Source: an uncultured bacterium (lineage in GTDB: Bacteria; Actinomycetota; Acidimicrobiia; Spongiisociales; UBA5794). From it: 64,000 nucleotides of DNA. This document shows, one piece after another, positions 20,293 through 29,802 of this stretch (positions are counted from its first letter, which is position 1; each line of letters starts with the position of its first letter). Made by a program: the position numbers and the translations under genes. The stretch is taken from assembly GCA_963801165.1 (NCBI GenBank), contig CAWDDT010000004.1, forward strand, positions 544,001-608,000. The letters are read 5' to 3'. Under the pieces are notes generated by a model. That model was not told where the DNA came from and did no database searches. It saw nothing but the letters and a program-made list of their open reading frames with translations.

Positions 20293-21366
20293 GTGACGAT
20301 CGAAGACGTCGCTGTTGCGGCACGCGTTTCAATAGCGACGGTCTCCCGAGTCATCAACGCCCGCTATGGCGTTGCCCCGGCCACCGAAGCGCGGGTCAGA
20401 GCTGTGATCGCCGATCTGGGGTACGAATCCAGCCTCGTCGCCCGATCGTTGCGAAGTCACCGCACCAACGTGCTCGGTGTAGTCGTCAGCGATCTCGAGC
20501 CCTTTAGCGCCGAGCTGCTCAAGGGAGCGGCGCGTTTCATTCGCGGTACTCACTACGAGCTGATCGTCTACTCAGGCGCCGGCCACGTCGGCTACGAACC
20601 CGGCTGGGAAGCCCGATACCTGGCTCGCCTCAGCGGTACCCTCGCCGACGGTGTCCTGCTCGTGACCCCGACCGTTGTCGACGTACCTCACAGCTCGCCG
20701 GTTGTTGCAGTCGATCCTCACCTCGGACCGACCAACCTGCCAACGGTTGACTCGCAAAACTTCGAGGGTGGCGTGAAGGCGACGCGGCATCTTCTAGATC
20801 TGGGTCATAGCCGTATCGGGTTCATCACCGGCCGCACCGATCTCGAGTCGGCCCGGCTGCGCGAACAGGGATATCGAGCCGCGCTGGAGAACGCCGGTGT
20901 CGAGTTCGACCCGCAGCTCGTCAAGGTAGGGCGGTACACGGCCGAGTCGGCGGAGACCCCCGCCAATGAGCTGCTCACCCAGGACGATCCTCCAACCGCC
21001 ATCTTTGCGGCGAACGACGTCATGGCTATTCGTGCGATGGAGGTCGCTTCCGGTCATGGTCTTCGCGTACCGGACGACATCTCGATAGTCGGGTACGACA
21101 ACATCCCCGAGTCCGCACTTGCCGAACCGTCGCTCACCACGATCGATCAGTCCATAGCGCAGATGGGATACGAGGCGGCCAGGCTACTCGTGGATCTCAT
21201 CGCCGATCCGGACCAGGAGCCGCAACATGTGAGCTTGCCGGTCCACCTTGTAGAACGACAGACATGCCGTGCGATCGGACCGGCTGTCACCTCGGATACG
21301 GAAAGAAGCAGACCATCGCCCGCACCGCAAACAGCGGTATCTGCGGGCTCAGACGGAAACGAATAA
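20293..21366 (+). CDS. LacI family transcriptional regulator
   Basis: TIEDVAVAARVSIATVSRVIN HTH plus periplasmic-binding-fold domain. GTG 20293 is preferred because the 20200 start overlaps the promoter and operators. Confidence 0.93.
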   Translation: MTIEDVAVAARVSIATVSRVINARYGVAPATEARVRAVIADLGYESSLVARSLRSHRTNVLGVVVSDLEPFSAELLKGAARFIRGTHYELIVYSGAGHVGYEPGWEARYLARLSGTLADGVLLVTPTVVDVPHSSPVVAVDPHLGPTNLPTVDSQNFEGGVKATRHLLDLGHSRIGFITGRTDLESARLREQGYRAALENAGVEFDPQLVKVGRYTAESAETPANELLTQDDPPTAIFAANDVMAIRAMEVASGHGLRVPDDISIVGYDNIPESALAEPSLTTIDQSIAQMGYEAARLLVDLIADPDQEPQHVSLPVHLVERQTCRAIGPAVTSDTERSRPSPAPQTAVSAGSDGNE

Positions 21367-21377
21367 GGAGGAGGCAA

Positions 21378-22766
21378 GTGAAGACCGTAACAAAACGGTT
21401 GCTCGTGCTGTTGGCGGCTCTCGTCGTTCTTATGGCGGCCTGTGGAGACAGCAGCGGAGGAGACACCACAGCAGCACCGGGCACTACGGCGGCGCCGGGC
21501 ACCACAGCAGCACCGGGCACCACGGCGGCGCCGGGTACCACAGCGGCACCCGACACCACCGAGGCGATGGAACCGGTGACTATACAGTGGTGGCACATCC
21601 AAAACGAGGAGCCGATGCTCAGCCTGTGGCAGGACATGGCCGATGAGTACATGGCTCTGCACCCCAACGTGACCATCGAGATCACGGTGATGGAGAACGA
21701 GGCGTTCAAGTCGGCGCTGCAGGCAAACATGCAGGCTGGTGATGTGCCAGATCTGTTCCAGTCATGGGGCGGTGGCGGATTGCGAGCCCAGGTCGAGGCT
21801 GGTCTTGTTCGAGACATCACGGATCTATCGGCCCCCTGGATTGACACCATCAACCCGGGTGCGCTCCCGATATGGCAGGTCGATGGACGCCAATACGGCA
21901 TCCCCTACAACCTGGGCATGGTCGGTATGTGGTACAACAAGGCGCTCTTTGAACAGGCCGGCGTCTCGGCCCCGATTGCTACGTGGGATGACTTGCTCGC
22001 GGCAGTTGATTCCCTCCAGGCGGCCGGCGTGACGCCGATCGCTGTTGGTGCTGGTGACAAGTGGCCGGCCCACTTCTGGTATTCGTATCTCCTGGTTCGC
22101 TACCTGGGCCAGGCGGGTATGGACCAGCTCGCCAAGGATGGGAACTTCAACGCACCGGGTGCGCTGCAAGCATGCGAGACGATGAAGCAGCTGATCGACA
22201 AACAGCCTTTCCAGGATGGGTTCCTGGCTGCGACCTGGACGGGTCCCGACAGCGAGGCCGCCGTGATGGGGACGGGGGCGGCTGCCTTCGATCTCATGGG
22301 TCAATGGGCTGCGAACTCGTTCAAGGAGAGCGCCCCCGAGGGTGCGCTGGTCGCTGCGGGCGACAATCTCGGATGGTTCCCCTTCCCCGCCGTTGATGGC
22401 GGTGCCGGCGGTCCGAAGGACGGCTTCGGTGGCGGCGACGGCTTTGCCGTCGGCAAGGATGCACCGGATGAGGCGGTCGACTTCCTGGCGTTCATCAGCT
22501 CACTCGACAACGCAAAGCGGGTTGGTGCTACCGGTACGTCGCTTCCTGTGACGATCGGCTCCGAGAGCTCGGTCGCGGATCCGAACAACCAGCTGGTGCT
22601 GGCCGGCATGTCGGAGGCGCCGTTCATCCAGCTGTATCTGGACCAGTTCTTCTCGCCGGCGGTTGGCGCGGCTGTGAACGATGCGGTCCAGACGGTGTTT
22701 GCGGGTACGGCGACGTGTGACCAAATGTCGACCGCAATCTCCGAGGCGTGGGCAGCAGACCAGTAA
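21378..22766 (+). CDS. Sugar ABC transporter substrate-binding lipoprotein (xylo/arabino-oligosaccharide, BxlE-like)
   Basis: AAGGAGGAGG RBS, lipobox LMAAC, PDLFQSWGGG, family 1 SBP pattern. Confidence 0.9.
   Translation: MKTVTKRLLVLLAALVVLMAACGDSSGGDTTAAPGTTAAPGTTAAPGTTAAPGTTAAPDTTEAMEPVTIQWWHIQNEEPMLSLWQDMADEYMALHPNVTIEITVMENEAFKSALQANMQAGDVPDLFQSWGGGGLRAQVEAGLVRDITDLSAPWIDTINPGALPIWQVDGRQYGIPYNLGMVGMWYNKALFEQAGVSAPIATWDDLLAAVDSLQAAGVTPIAVGAGDKWPAHFWYSYLLVRYLGQAGMDQLAKDGNFNAPGALQACETMKQLIDKQPFQDGFLAATWTGPDSEAAVMGTGAAAFDLMGQWAANSFKESAPEGALVAAGDNLGWFPFPAVDGGAGGPKDGFGGGDGFAVGKDAPDEAVDFLAFISSLDNAKRVGATGTSLPVTIGSESSVADPNNQLVLAGMSEAPFIQLYLDQFFSPAVGAAVNDAVQTVFAGTATCDQMSTAISEAWAADQ
21465..21554 (+). 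repeat. Five in-frame 18-bp repeats encoding TTAAP(G/D)
   Basis: ACCACAGCAGCACCGGGC and variants, forming a flexible linker after the lipidated Cys. Confidence 0.9.
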
Positions 22767-22788
22767 GCAGGGATCAGGAGCCCCTTCG

Positions 22789-22818
22789 CGGAGGGCTCGT
22801 CTTCGGGCGAGCCCTCCG
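22789..22818 (+). other. Stable stem-loop between the SBP and permease genes
   Basis: CGGAGGGCTCG-TC-TTCG-GG-CGAGCCCTCCG with a cUUCGg tetraloop and no U-tract. Probably stabilises the SBP segment of the mRNA. Confidence 0.65.
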
Positions 22819-22842
22819 TCCTCCCATGATGGCGATGCAACC

Positions 22843-23799
22843 GTGACGACCCATGAGGACAACCGCATCAAGACCGCCGGCTCTCGTAGGCGGCGAGGGC
22901 CCGCCGGTGGCCGTGGCACCGCGCCCTGGCTGATCATCGTCGCGTTCCTCATTCCTGCGTTGGTGCTGTACGCGGTCTTCGTGATCTACCCCATCACCCA
23001 GAGCGCGCGTTACAGCGTTTTCAATTGGAACGGTCTCGAGCCCCTCACCAAGTTCGTAGGGATGGACAACTTCCGGACGGCGTTTGGCGATCCGATCTTC
23101 CTCGGGGCGATGCGGCACAACGCGATCATCATCGTTCTGTCGCTGCTCGTTCAGATACCGTTCTCTCTTCTTGTTGCTGTGATGCTCAACCAGCGACTGC
23201 GGGGCCGCGCGATGCTCCGTATGTTCTTCTTTGCCCCTTACATCATGTCAGAGGTTGTAACCGGTGTGGTGTTCCGGCAGATCCTCCGCCCCGGCGGCTT
23301 CGCCGATCACGCGCTCGCCGCGGCGGGAGGACAGAGCCTCATCCAGACATGGCTCGGTAACCCCAGCATCGTTCTGTACACGCTCTTTTTCGTTATCACC
23401 TGGAAATACTTCGGGTTCCACATGATCCTGCTCCTCGCGGGCCTGCAGCTGATTCCCCATGAGCTCGACGAGGCGGCATCGATTGATGGCGCTTCCTTCT
23501 GGCAGCGGTTCCGGTATGTGACGCTCCCTCTCGTCGGTCCCACGCTGCGGGTGTCCGTCTTCCTGTCGATCATCGGTTCCTTGCAGCTCTTCGACCTCGT
23601 GTGGGTGATGACGAAGGGTGGTCCGGTCAACGCGTCCTCGACTATGGCAACGTATCTGGTCGACTGGGGCTTTCGGCGTAGTGAGTTCGGGTACGCCAGC
23701 GCGGTATCCGTCATCATCTTCGGGGTGTCACTCGTCGTCGCTCTCCTCTACAACCGCTTCGTGCTGAGCCGAGACCTCGAAGGGGCGGTGACCGGATGA
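22843..23799 (+). CDS. Carbohydrate ABC transporter permease (MalF-type)
   Basis: ELDEAASIDGASFWQRFRYVTLP EAA loop and TM helices. Confidence 0.92.
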   Translation: MTTHEDNRIKTAGSRRRRGPAGGRGTAPWLIIVAFLIPALVLYAVFVIYPITQSARYSVFNWNGLEPLTKFVGMDNFRTAFGDPIFLGAMRHNAIIIVLSLLVQIPFSLLVAVMLNQRLRGRAMLRMFFFAPYIMSEVVTGVVFRQILRPGGFADHALAAAGGQSLIQTWLGNPSIVLYTLFFVITWKYFGFHMILLLAGLQLIPHELDEAASIDGASFWQRFRYVTLPLVGPTLRVSVFLSIIGSLQLFDLVWVMTKGGPVNASSTMATYLVDWGFRRSEFGYASAVSVIIFGVSLVVALLYNRFVLSRDLEGAVTG

Positions 23800-24659
23800 A
23801 CTCGGCGACTGCAATAGGCGGCAAGTCTTCCCGAGTGCGGTTCGTTGTCGGTCGGGTCTTGCTCTATGCGGGGGCCTACGTTGTACTCGCCGTCATCGTC
23901 ATCCCCGTGCTGTTCACGGTCCTTGGCGGATTTCGAAGCACCGGTCAGATTTCAGCCAACCCGGTTGGCCTGCCCAATCCGTGGGTGTTCAAGAATTACG
24001 CGGATACGTTGACCAACTCTGCCTTCTGGCGGCAGATGCTCAACAGCGCTGTCATCGCGCTTCTCACCACCGCTTTCGTGCTGCCGACCGCTTCGCTTGC
24101 GGCCTTTGTGATAGCTCGCTTCCGTTTCCGTGGCAGGGAGGCCATGTACACGCTATTTACGCTGGGTCTCCTGTTCCCCGTGGCGGTGGCGATAATCCCG
24201 CTGTTCATCGTGCTGCGACAGCTGGGCATGCTCAACAACCCACTCGGTGTGGCCCTCGCCCAAGCCGCGTTTGCGTTGCCCCTTTCGATTGTGATCCTCC
24301 GTCCGTTCTTCCGGAGCATCCCGCGTGACCTCGAGGATGCCGCCGCGATTGACGGTTGCACCAGTTTCCGGTTCTATTGGTCGGTGATCCTGCCGCTCTC
24401 GAGACCGGCACTGGCTACTGTTTCCATCCTGGCAATCGTGACGAGCTGGAACGCCTTCCTGTTGCCGCTCCTAGTACTGATTCAGCCCGACCAATGGACT
24501 CTCCCGATTGGCGTCAACAACATCTCGGCCCAATACACATTCGATACTGCGCGAGTGCTGGCTTACACAACGCTCTCGCTGATCCCGGCGTTTTTGTTCT
24601 ACCTGCTGGCGGAGCGCCAGATCGTCAGGGGTCTCACCGCGGGATCGGTGAAAGGATGA
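23796..24659 (+). CDS. Carbohydrate ABC transporter permease (MalG-type)
   Basis: IPRDLEDAAAIDG and SWNAFLLPL. Confidence 0.92.
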   Translation: MNSATAIGGKSSRVRFVVGRVLLYAGAYVVLAVIVIPVLFTVLGGFRSTGQISANPVGLPNPWVFKNYADTLTNSAFWRQMLNSAVIALLTTAFVLPTASLAAFVIARFRFRGREAMYTLFTLGLLFPVAVAIIPLFIVLRQLGMLNNPLGVALAQAAFALPLSIVILRPFFRSIPRDLEDAAAIDGCTSFRFYWSVILPLSRPALATVSILAIVTSWNAFLLPLLVLIQPDQWTLPIGVNNISAQYTFDTARVLAYTTLSLIPAFLFYLLAERQIVRGLTAGSVKG

Positions 24660-27013
24660 CCATGCCCGGTGAGGAATTCCCCTTTGCGGATCCAGCGCTG
24701 ACAGTCGACGAGCGGATCGACGATCTCCTGGGTCGGATGACTCTAGAGGAGAAGCTGGCACAGCTCGGCAGCGCCTGGGTGTTCGAGCTCGTCGAGAACG
24801 GAGAGCTGCGTGAGGATTGGGCGTCGGAGAAGCTTCGAGTCGGTCTCGGTCAGGTCACCCGCATCTCGGGGGCGAGCAGCCTGGGCGCCGGCGATGCCGC
24901 ACAAGTCGCCAATGCCATCCAGCGCTTTCTCGTAAAGGAAACCAGGCTCGGGATTCCGGCGATCGTCCATGAGGAGATCAACTCGGGTCTCATGGCGAAG
25001 GACGCAACAGTCTTTCCCCAATCCATCGGTGTTGCCAGCAGCTGGGAACCAGATCTCGTTCGTGCCATGGCCGACATTATCCGCCGTCAAATGAGAGAGG
25101 TGGGGGCCCATCAGGGTCTGTCGCCGGTGCTCGACGTCTGTCGGGATCCCCGTTGGGGTCGTACCGAGGAGACCTATGGGGAGGATCCCTATCTCGTGGC
25201 GCGCATGGGAGCCGCATTCGTGCGAGGTCTGCAGGGCGACGAACTCTCCGATGGTGTGATCGCGACGGCGAAGCACTTCGTCGGCTACTCAGCCTCGGAA
25301 GGCGGTCTGAACTGGGCACCGGCCCACATTGGGTCGGCCGAATTGAAGGAGGTCTACCTGCACCCTTTCGAGGCCGCGGTGCGTACGGCAGGTTTGTGGA
25401 GCGTCATGAACGCATACAACGAGCTGGATGGGCTGCCCGCCGCAGCAGACGCCTCCCTATTGGGAACCATCCTTCGTGACGACTGGGGCTTCGGTGGTTT
25501 CGTAGTGTCCGATTACTTTTCCGTTCGGCAGCTCGCTGAGTACCACCGAATCGCAGGCGACGTCTCCCATGCGGCGACCATGGCTTTGACCGCCGGCATC
25601 GACGTGGAGCTGCCGGGCACCGACTGCTACGGAACGCCGCTGTTGAAAGCCCTCAAGGAGGGAGCGCTGGCGTTGTCGGACATCGACGCGGCGGTGGTCC
25701 GGGTGCTGCGTGCCAAGTTCGAGCTTGGTCTCTTCGAGCACCCGTTCGTCGATCTCGGCACGGCCGCTGTTGCGATGGACACGGCGTCGGAGAGGGAGCT
25801 GGCGGCGGTGCTGGCGAGAAAGAGCATCGTCCTGCTCACCAACGACGGCATCCTGCCCATAGCCGCCGGCACCAGGTCAGTCGGCGTAATCGGACCCAAC
25901 GCTCACGTGGCCAGAAACCTGTTCGGCGACTACTCGTACCTCGCCCACATGGAGTCTCTCGTCGAGATGCAACATGTGGATAATGTGTTCGCCATCCCGC
26001 TTCCGGACAAGTACGAGATAGCCGCCACCGGAGCCACTGCTCCCTCAGTCCTCGATGCTCTCCGCGATCGCTTTGGCGCCGGCGTCGAATATGCCCGGGG
26101 ATGCGCCGTTATGAGTGAATCGACCGATGGCTTCGCCGATGCGGTCGCCCTAGCCGCCCGCTCCGATGTCGCCGTGATGGTTATGGGTGACAAAGCGGGC
26201 CTCACCAGCGACTGCACGAGCGGAGAGTCACGCGACCGCGCTTCGCTCGATCTGCCCGGGGTGCAGGAAGACCTGGTTCGTGCAGTAGTTGCCACCGGCA
26301 CGCCGGTGGTGGTGGTGCTCGTGGCCGGCCGGCCCTGCGGAAGTGCCTGGCTGCACGAGCATTGCGCCGCAGTGGTAATGGCGTGGCTTCCGGGTCAAGA
26401 GGGGGCAGGCGCCATTGCCGATGTGCTTTGCGGCGCAGTCAATCCCGGCGGCAAGCTTCCGGTCTCGTACCCGCGGTCTGTTGGACAGATACCGGTGATA
26501 TACGGTCACAAGATCTCGGGAGGGAGGTCTCACTGGAAGGGCGACTACGTTGATCTGCCGTCGAGCCCGCTCTATCCGTTCGGCCATGGGCTCAGCTATA
26601 CGTCATTCTCCATCGGCGAGACCCTGCTCAAGCAGGAGAGGCTCACTTCAGCCGACGTCGCCACGATTGAAGCGTGCGTTACCAACACGGGATCGGTGGC
26701 CGGTGACGAGGTGGTTCAGCTCTATATTCGTGATGCTGAGGCGGCGCTGACCCGTCCCGTGCTGGAGCTGAAGAACTTCATCCGAGTCGTGCTGCAGCCG
26801 GGGGAGTCCAAGAACCTGTCTTTCCGGCTTCCCATCGCCCAGCTCGGGTATTACGACCGGGAGGGCTCGTACGTAGTGGAGCCCGGCACGGTCGAGGTGT
26901 TCCTGGGTAGCTCCTCGGCGAATCTGATCGAGGCCGGTACGTTGACGATCATCCCCGGCGACGGGCAAACGAATGTGGTCAAGGTGTTCGATGGAGCCGT
27001 GACGGTGTCTTGA
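24656..27013 (+). CDS. GH3 beta-xylosidase/beta-glucosidase
   Basis: RDPRWGRTEETYGEDP, KHFVGY, VVSDYFSV nucleophile, GESRDR, C-terminal Fn3-like domain (DEVVQLY). Confidence 0.93.
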   Translation: MTMPGEEFPFADPALTVDERIDDLLGRMTLEEKLAQLGSAWVFELVENGELREDWASEKLRVGLGQVTRISGASSLGAGDAAQVANAIQRFLVKETRLGIPAIVHEEINSGLMAKDATVFPQSIGVASSWEPDLVRAMADIIRRQMREVGAHQGLSPVLDVCRDPRWGRTEETYGEDPYLVARMGAAFVRGLQGDELSDGVIATAKHFVGYSASEGGLNWAPAHIGSAELKEVYLHPFEAAVRTAGLWSVMNAYNELDGLPAAADASLLGTILRDDWGFGGFVVSDYFSVRQLAEYHRIAGDVSHAATMALTAGIDVELPGTDCYGTPLLKALKEGALALSDIDAAVVRVLRAKFELGLFEHPFVDLGTAAVAMDTASERELAAVLARKSIVLLTNDGILPIAAGTRSVGVIGPNAHVARNLFGDYSYLAHMESLVEMQHVDNVFAIPLPDKYEIAATGATAPSVLDALRDRFGAGVEYARGCAVMSESTDGFADAVALAARSDVAVMVMGDKAGLTSDCTSGESRDRASLDLPGVQEDLVRAVVATGTPVVVVLVAGRPCGSAWLHEHCAAVVMAWLPGQEGAGAIADVLCGAVNPGGKLPVSYPRSVGQIPVIYGHKISGGRSHWKGDYVDLPSSPLYPFGHGLSYTSFSIGETLLKQERLTSADVATIEACVTNTGSVAGDEVVQLYIRDAEAALTRPVLELKNFIRVVLQPGESKNLSFRLPIAQLGYYDREGSYVVEPGTVEVFLGSSSANLIEAGTLTIIPGDGQTNVVKVFDGAVTVS

Positions 27014-27023
27014 GCCGCGGTGG

Positions 27024-29090
27024 CTAGTCGTCCTTTTTGGCCTCAGCGACAACCCTATCGGTGAGGTGGGAGGGGAGCTCCTGATAGTGATCGTGCTCGG
27101 CGGTGAACGTGCCCCAGCCCTGTGTAAGCGATCGGAGATCCATCGCATAGGTGATGATCTCTGAGGTCGGCACCAGAGCGGTGACGATCTGGCGCCCACC
27201 CGCTCCGGCCTCGGTGCCCTGGACCTGGCCGCGTCGCGAGGAGAGGTCGCCCATAACGTCGCCCTGATAGTTGGAGGGCACAGTGACGATGACTTTCGAG
27301 ACCGGCTCGAGCACAATCGGGCCGGCGCTTTCCATCGCCGCCTTGAAACCGAGGCGACCGGCCATCTTGAAGCTCATCTCTGACGAGTCGACTGAGTGAT
27401 ATTTGCCGTCGTAGCACCGCACTCTGACATCGACGACCGGGAATCCGAGCACGCCGCCGTCCTGCATCGCCTCGACGATGCCGTGCTGTACCGCGGGGAT
27501 GAACTGGCGGGGGATAGAGCCGCCCTTGATCTCGTCGACGAACTCGAAGCCCTCGCCTCTGGTCGTTGGTTCGACCTTGAGCATGGCGACGCCGAACTGG
27601 CCGTGGCCACCGCTCTGCTTCTTGTATTTGCCCTCGGCCTGGGCCTCGTGGGTAATTGTCTCCCGGTAGGGAACCCGCACCGACTCGGTGTCGACCTCGA
27701 CGCCGAACTTGCGGGTGAGTTTCTGCAGGGTGATGGCTAGGTGAGTCTCTCCCATCCCGCGCAGCAGCGTCTGGCGCGTCTCGGCGTTGCGCTCGACCAC
27801 AAGCACCGGATCTTCCTGCTGAATACGGCGGAGCGCATTGGCGAGCTTGTCCGTATCGGCCTGAGTCCTGGCATGGACCGCCGTGGCAAGCACCGGGGTC
27901 GGCCTTGTGAGCCGCGGAGCGAACACCGGCTGTCCCTTCACCGACAGTGTGTCGCCCGTATCTGTGTCATCCAGCTTGGCGACGGCGCCGATGTCACCCA
28001 TGGCGAGCGAGTCGACAAGCTCGGATTCCTTGCCCACCATGACCGCGATCTTGGCGAACTTCTCGTCCTCGCCCGAGCGCTGGTTGTGGAGGGTCTGGTC
28101 TGCCCGGACGGTTCCCGAGAGCACACGGAAGATGGAGATCTGGCCGACGTACGGGTCGGCGACCGTCTTGAACACCTGGACGAGAGGGTCACCGTCCTTC
28201 TTCAGGTCGACCTCGACCTCGGCGCCCGCCGCCGTCACGATCAGCTTGTCCCTGCGCAGCGGTGAGGGGCCGATCTCGACTATGAAGTCCGCCAGCCTGT
28301 CGACGGCGATCGGGCCTGTCGCCGAGCCGCAGACAACGGGGAACACAGTTGCCTCGGCCACACCCTTGGCCATGGTCTTCTCGAGCTCGGCGGCGGATGG
28401 CATGTCGCCCTCGAGATAGCGCTCCAGCATGTCGTCGTCGGCGACCACGATGCCTTCGATGAGGTTGTCGCGTACCTCATGCTCTCTCGACTCGAGCTCG
28501 TCGGGAATCTCGGCCTCCTGCGCCTGGCCGCTGTCGTAGATATATGCCTTGTCCGTGAAGAGGTCGGCGACGCCGTGGAAGGCGCTCTTCTCGCCGAGCG
28601 GGAGCTCGATGGGGGCAACGCCTGCGCCAAAGGTGTCTCGCAGCGACGCGAGGGTGTTGTCGAACGAAGCCTCGTCCTTGTCGAGCTTGTTGATGAACAC
28701 CATCCTGGGGACGCCCGTCTCCTCGGCGATCCGCCACGCCCGTTCTGTGCCGACCTCTACGCCGTCCACCGCCGACACCACGAACACCGCCAGGTCGGCG
28801 ACATGCAGCGCGGCATACACATCGGCTACGAAGTCGGCGTGGCCCGGTGTGTCGATGATGTTGATCTTGTGACCCTGCCATTCGACGGGAGCGAGTGCGA
28901 GGCCAACAGAGTGGCCCCGCTCATGCTCTTCCGGGTCGAAGTCGGTCACCGTGTTGCCGTCTTCGACCTTGCCCAGCCGGGAAACCGTGCCGGCGCGGTA
29001 GAGCATTGCCTCCGCGAGAGTGGTCTTCCCCGCTCCGCCGTGGCCAACCAGAGCAACATTGCGGATCTTTTCAGATGGGTAGACCTTCAC
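27024..29090 (-). CDS. Elongation factor G paralog (EF-G2-like)
   Basis: GHGGAGKTT, DTPGH, NKLD, KKQSGGHGQFG, YHSVDSSEMSF. Switch I is ERGHSV instead of the canonical RGITI. Outside the str operon. Confidence 0.9.
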   Translation of the reverse strand: MKVYPSEKIRNVALVGHGGAGKTTLAEAMLYRAGTVSRLGKVEDGNTVTDFDPEEHERGHSVGLALAPVEWQGHKINIIDTPGHADFVADVYAALHVADLAVFVVSAVDGVEVGTERAWRIAEETGVPRMVFINKLDKDEASFDNTLASLRDTFGAGVAPIELPLGEKSAFHGVADLFTDKAYIYDSGQAQEAEIPDELESREHEVRDNLIEGIVVADDDMLERYLEGDMPSAAELEKTMAKGVAEATVFPVVCGSATGPIAVDRLADFIVEIGPSPLRRDKLIVTAAGAEVEVDLKKDGDPLVQVFKTVADPYVGQISIFRVLSGTVRADQTLHNQRSGEDEKFAKIAVMVGKESELVDSLAMGDIGAVAKLDDTDTGDTLSVKGQPVFAPRLTRPTPVLATAVHARTQADTDKLANALRRIQQEDPVLVVERNAETRQTLLRGMGETHLAITLQKLTRKFGVEVDTESVRVPYRETITHEAQAEGKYKKQSGGHGQFGVAMLKVEPTTRGEGFEFVDEIKGGSIPRQFIPAVQHGIVEAMQDGGVLGFPVVDVRVRCYDGKYHSVDSSEMSFKMAGRLGFKAAMESAGPIVLEPVSKVIVTVPSNYQGDVMGDLSSRRGQVQGTEAGAGGRQIVTALVPTSEIITYAMDLRSLTQGWGTFTAEHDHYQELPSHLTDRVVAEAKKDD

Positions 29091-29204
29091 GGATACTCCT
29101 CGACGCTAGGCAAGAGACGTGGGCATCGAGAATACTCGAAGCCGGGAACGTAGAGCCAGCCCGCTACGCTTTCGTAACCTGATCGCCTCTGGCGATCTGG
29201 GCTT

Positions 29205-29288
29205 GCCCGGATGGCGGAATCGGTAGACGCTGCGGACTTAAAATCCGCTGCCCCCAAGGGTGTGCAGGTTCGAGTCCTGCTCCGGGCA
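29205..29288 (+). tRNA. tRNA-Leu (anticodon TAA)
   Basis: GCCCGGA/TCCGGGC acceptor stem, TGGCGGAATCGGTAGACGC D arm, GCGGA-CT-TAA-AA-TCCGC, long variable arm, GCAGG-TTCGAGT-CCTGC. Confidence 0.95.
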
Positions 29289-29412
29289 CCTCACGGCGAG
29301 ACCTATTCGGTCTCTCCGTTTCGGTCCCCTGCAGGCCGGTTTTATGCCTCCGGGTGGTGTGGTTGGTCGCCGTTGGTGGCCGAGTTGGCGGGCCCGCGGT
29401 TGACGGGGCGAG

Positions 29413-29449
29413 GGTTCGAGTCCTGCTCCGGGCACCTCACGGCGAGACC
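29413..29449 (+). repeat. Exact 37-bp duplication of the tRNA-Leu 3' end plus trailer (att-like)
   Basis: GGTTCGAGTCCTGCTCCGGGCACCTCACGGCGAGACC at 29267-29303 and 29413-29449. Confidence 0.9.
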
Positions 29450-29454
29450 AAGGT

Positions 29455-29667
29455 CTATCGCCCGTGTGTCCGTTTCTCGCGTTTGCGGGGATCCCAGTCC
29501 GGGTTGTAGGGAACGTACGGGGGCGATTGACCTCCCGAACCGCCGTGGGTGCCCTGCCCGGGCAGCCATCCGACGGTTTTGCTGTTCGGATCACGCTCTT
29601 CAAACACAATGAAAGCCAGGCGGTCGAAGGCCCTTTTCAGGGGTCGGGATCTAATCCAACGCCACAC
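29455..29667 (-). CDS. Small hypothetical protein (~70 aa)
   Basis: AAGAGG 6 nt before GTG. MWRWIRSRPLKRAFDRLAFIVFEERDPNSK...YNPDWDPRKR fills an otherwise empty gap. Confidence 0.4.
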   Translation of the reverse strand: MWRWIRSRPLKRAFDRLAFIVFEERDPNSKTVGWLPGQGTHGGSGGQSPPYVPYNPDWDPRKREKRTHGR

Positions 29668-29802
29668 CGGCCACCTCTTGGTCTGTCCGATGGCGCCACA
29701 AGCCATCTATGGAGAAGCCTACACGCCGGTTTCCATGATGCCCGCTTTCCGTCGGAGGTTCCGCCGGGCGCATTCGTCGACCCGAAGAAGCACGATGATT
29801 GA

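Noticed and set aside
29340-29449. Second intact tRNA gene
   Set aside because: The T stem is mismatched (GAGGG/CCTGC), there is no complementary 5' acceptor strand and no anticodon arm; treated as an att-like duplication.
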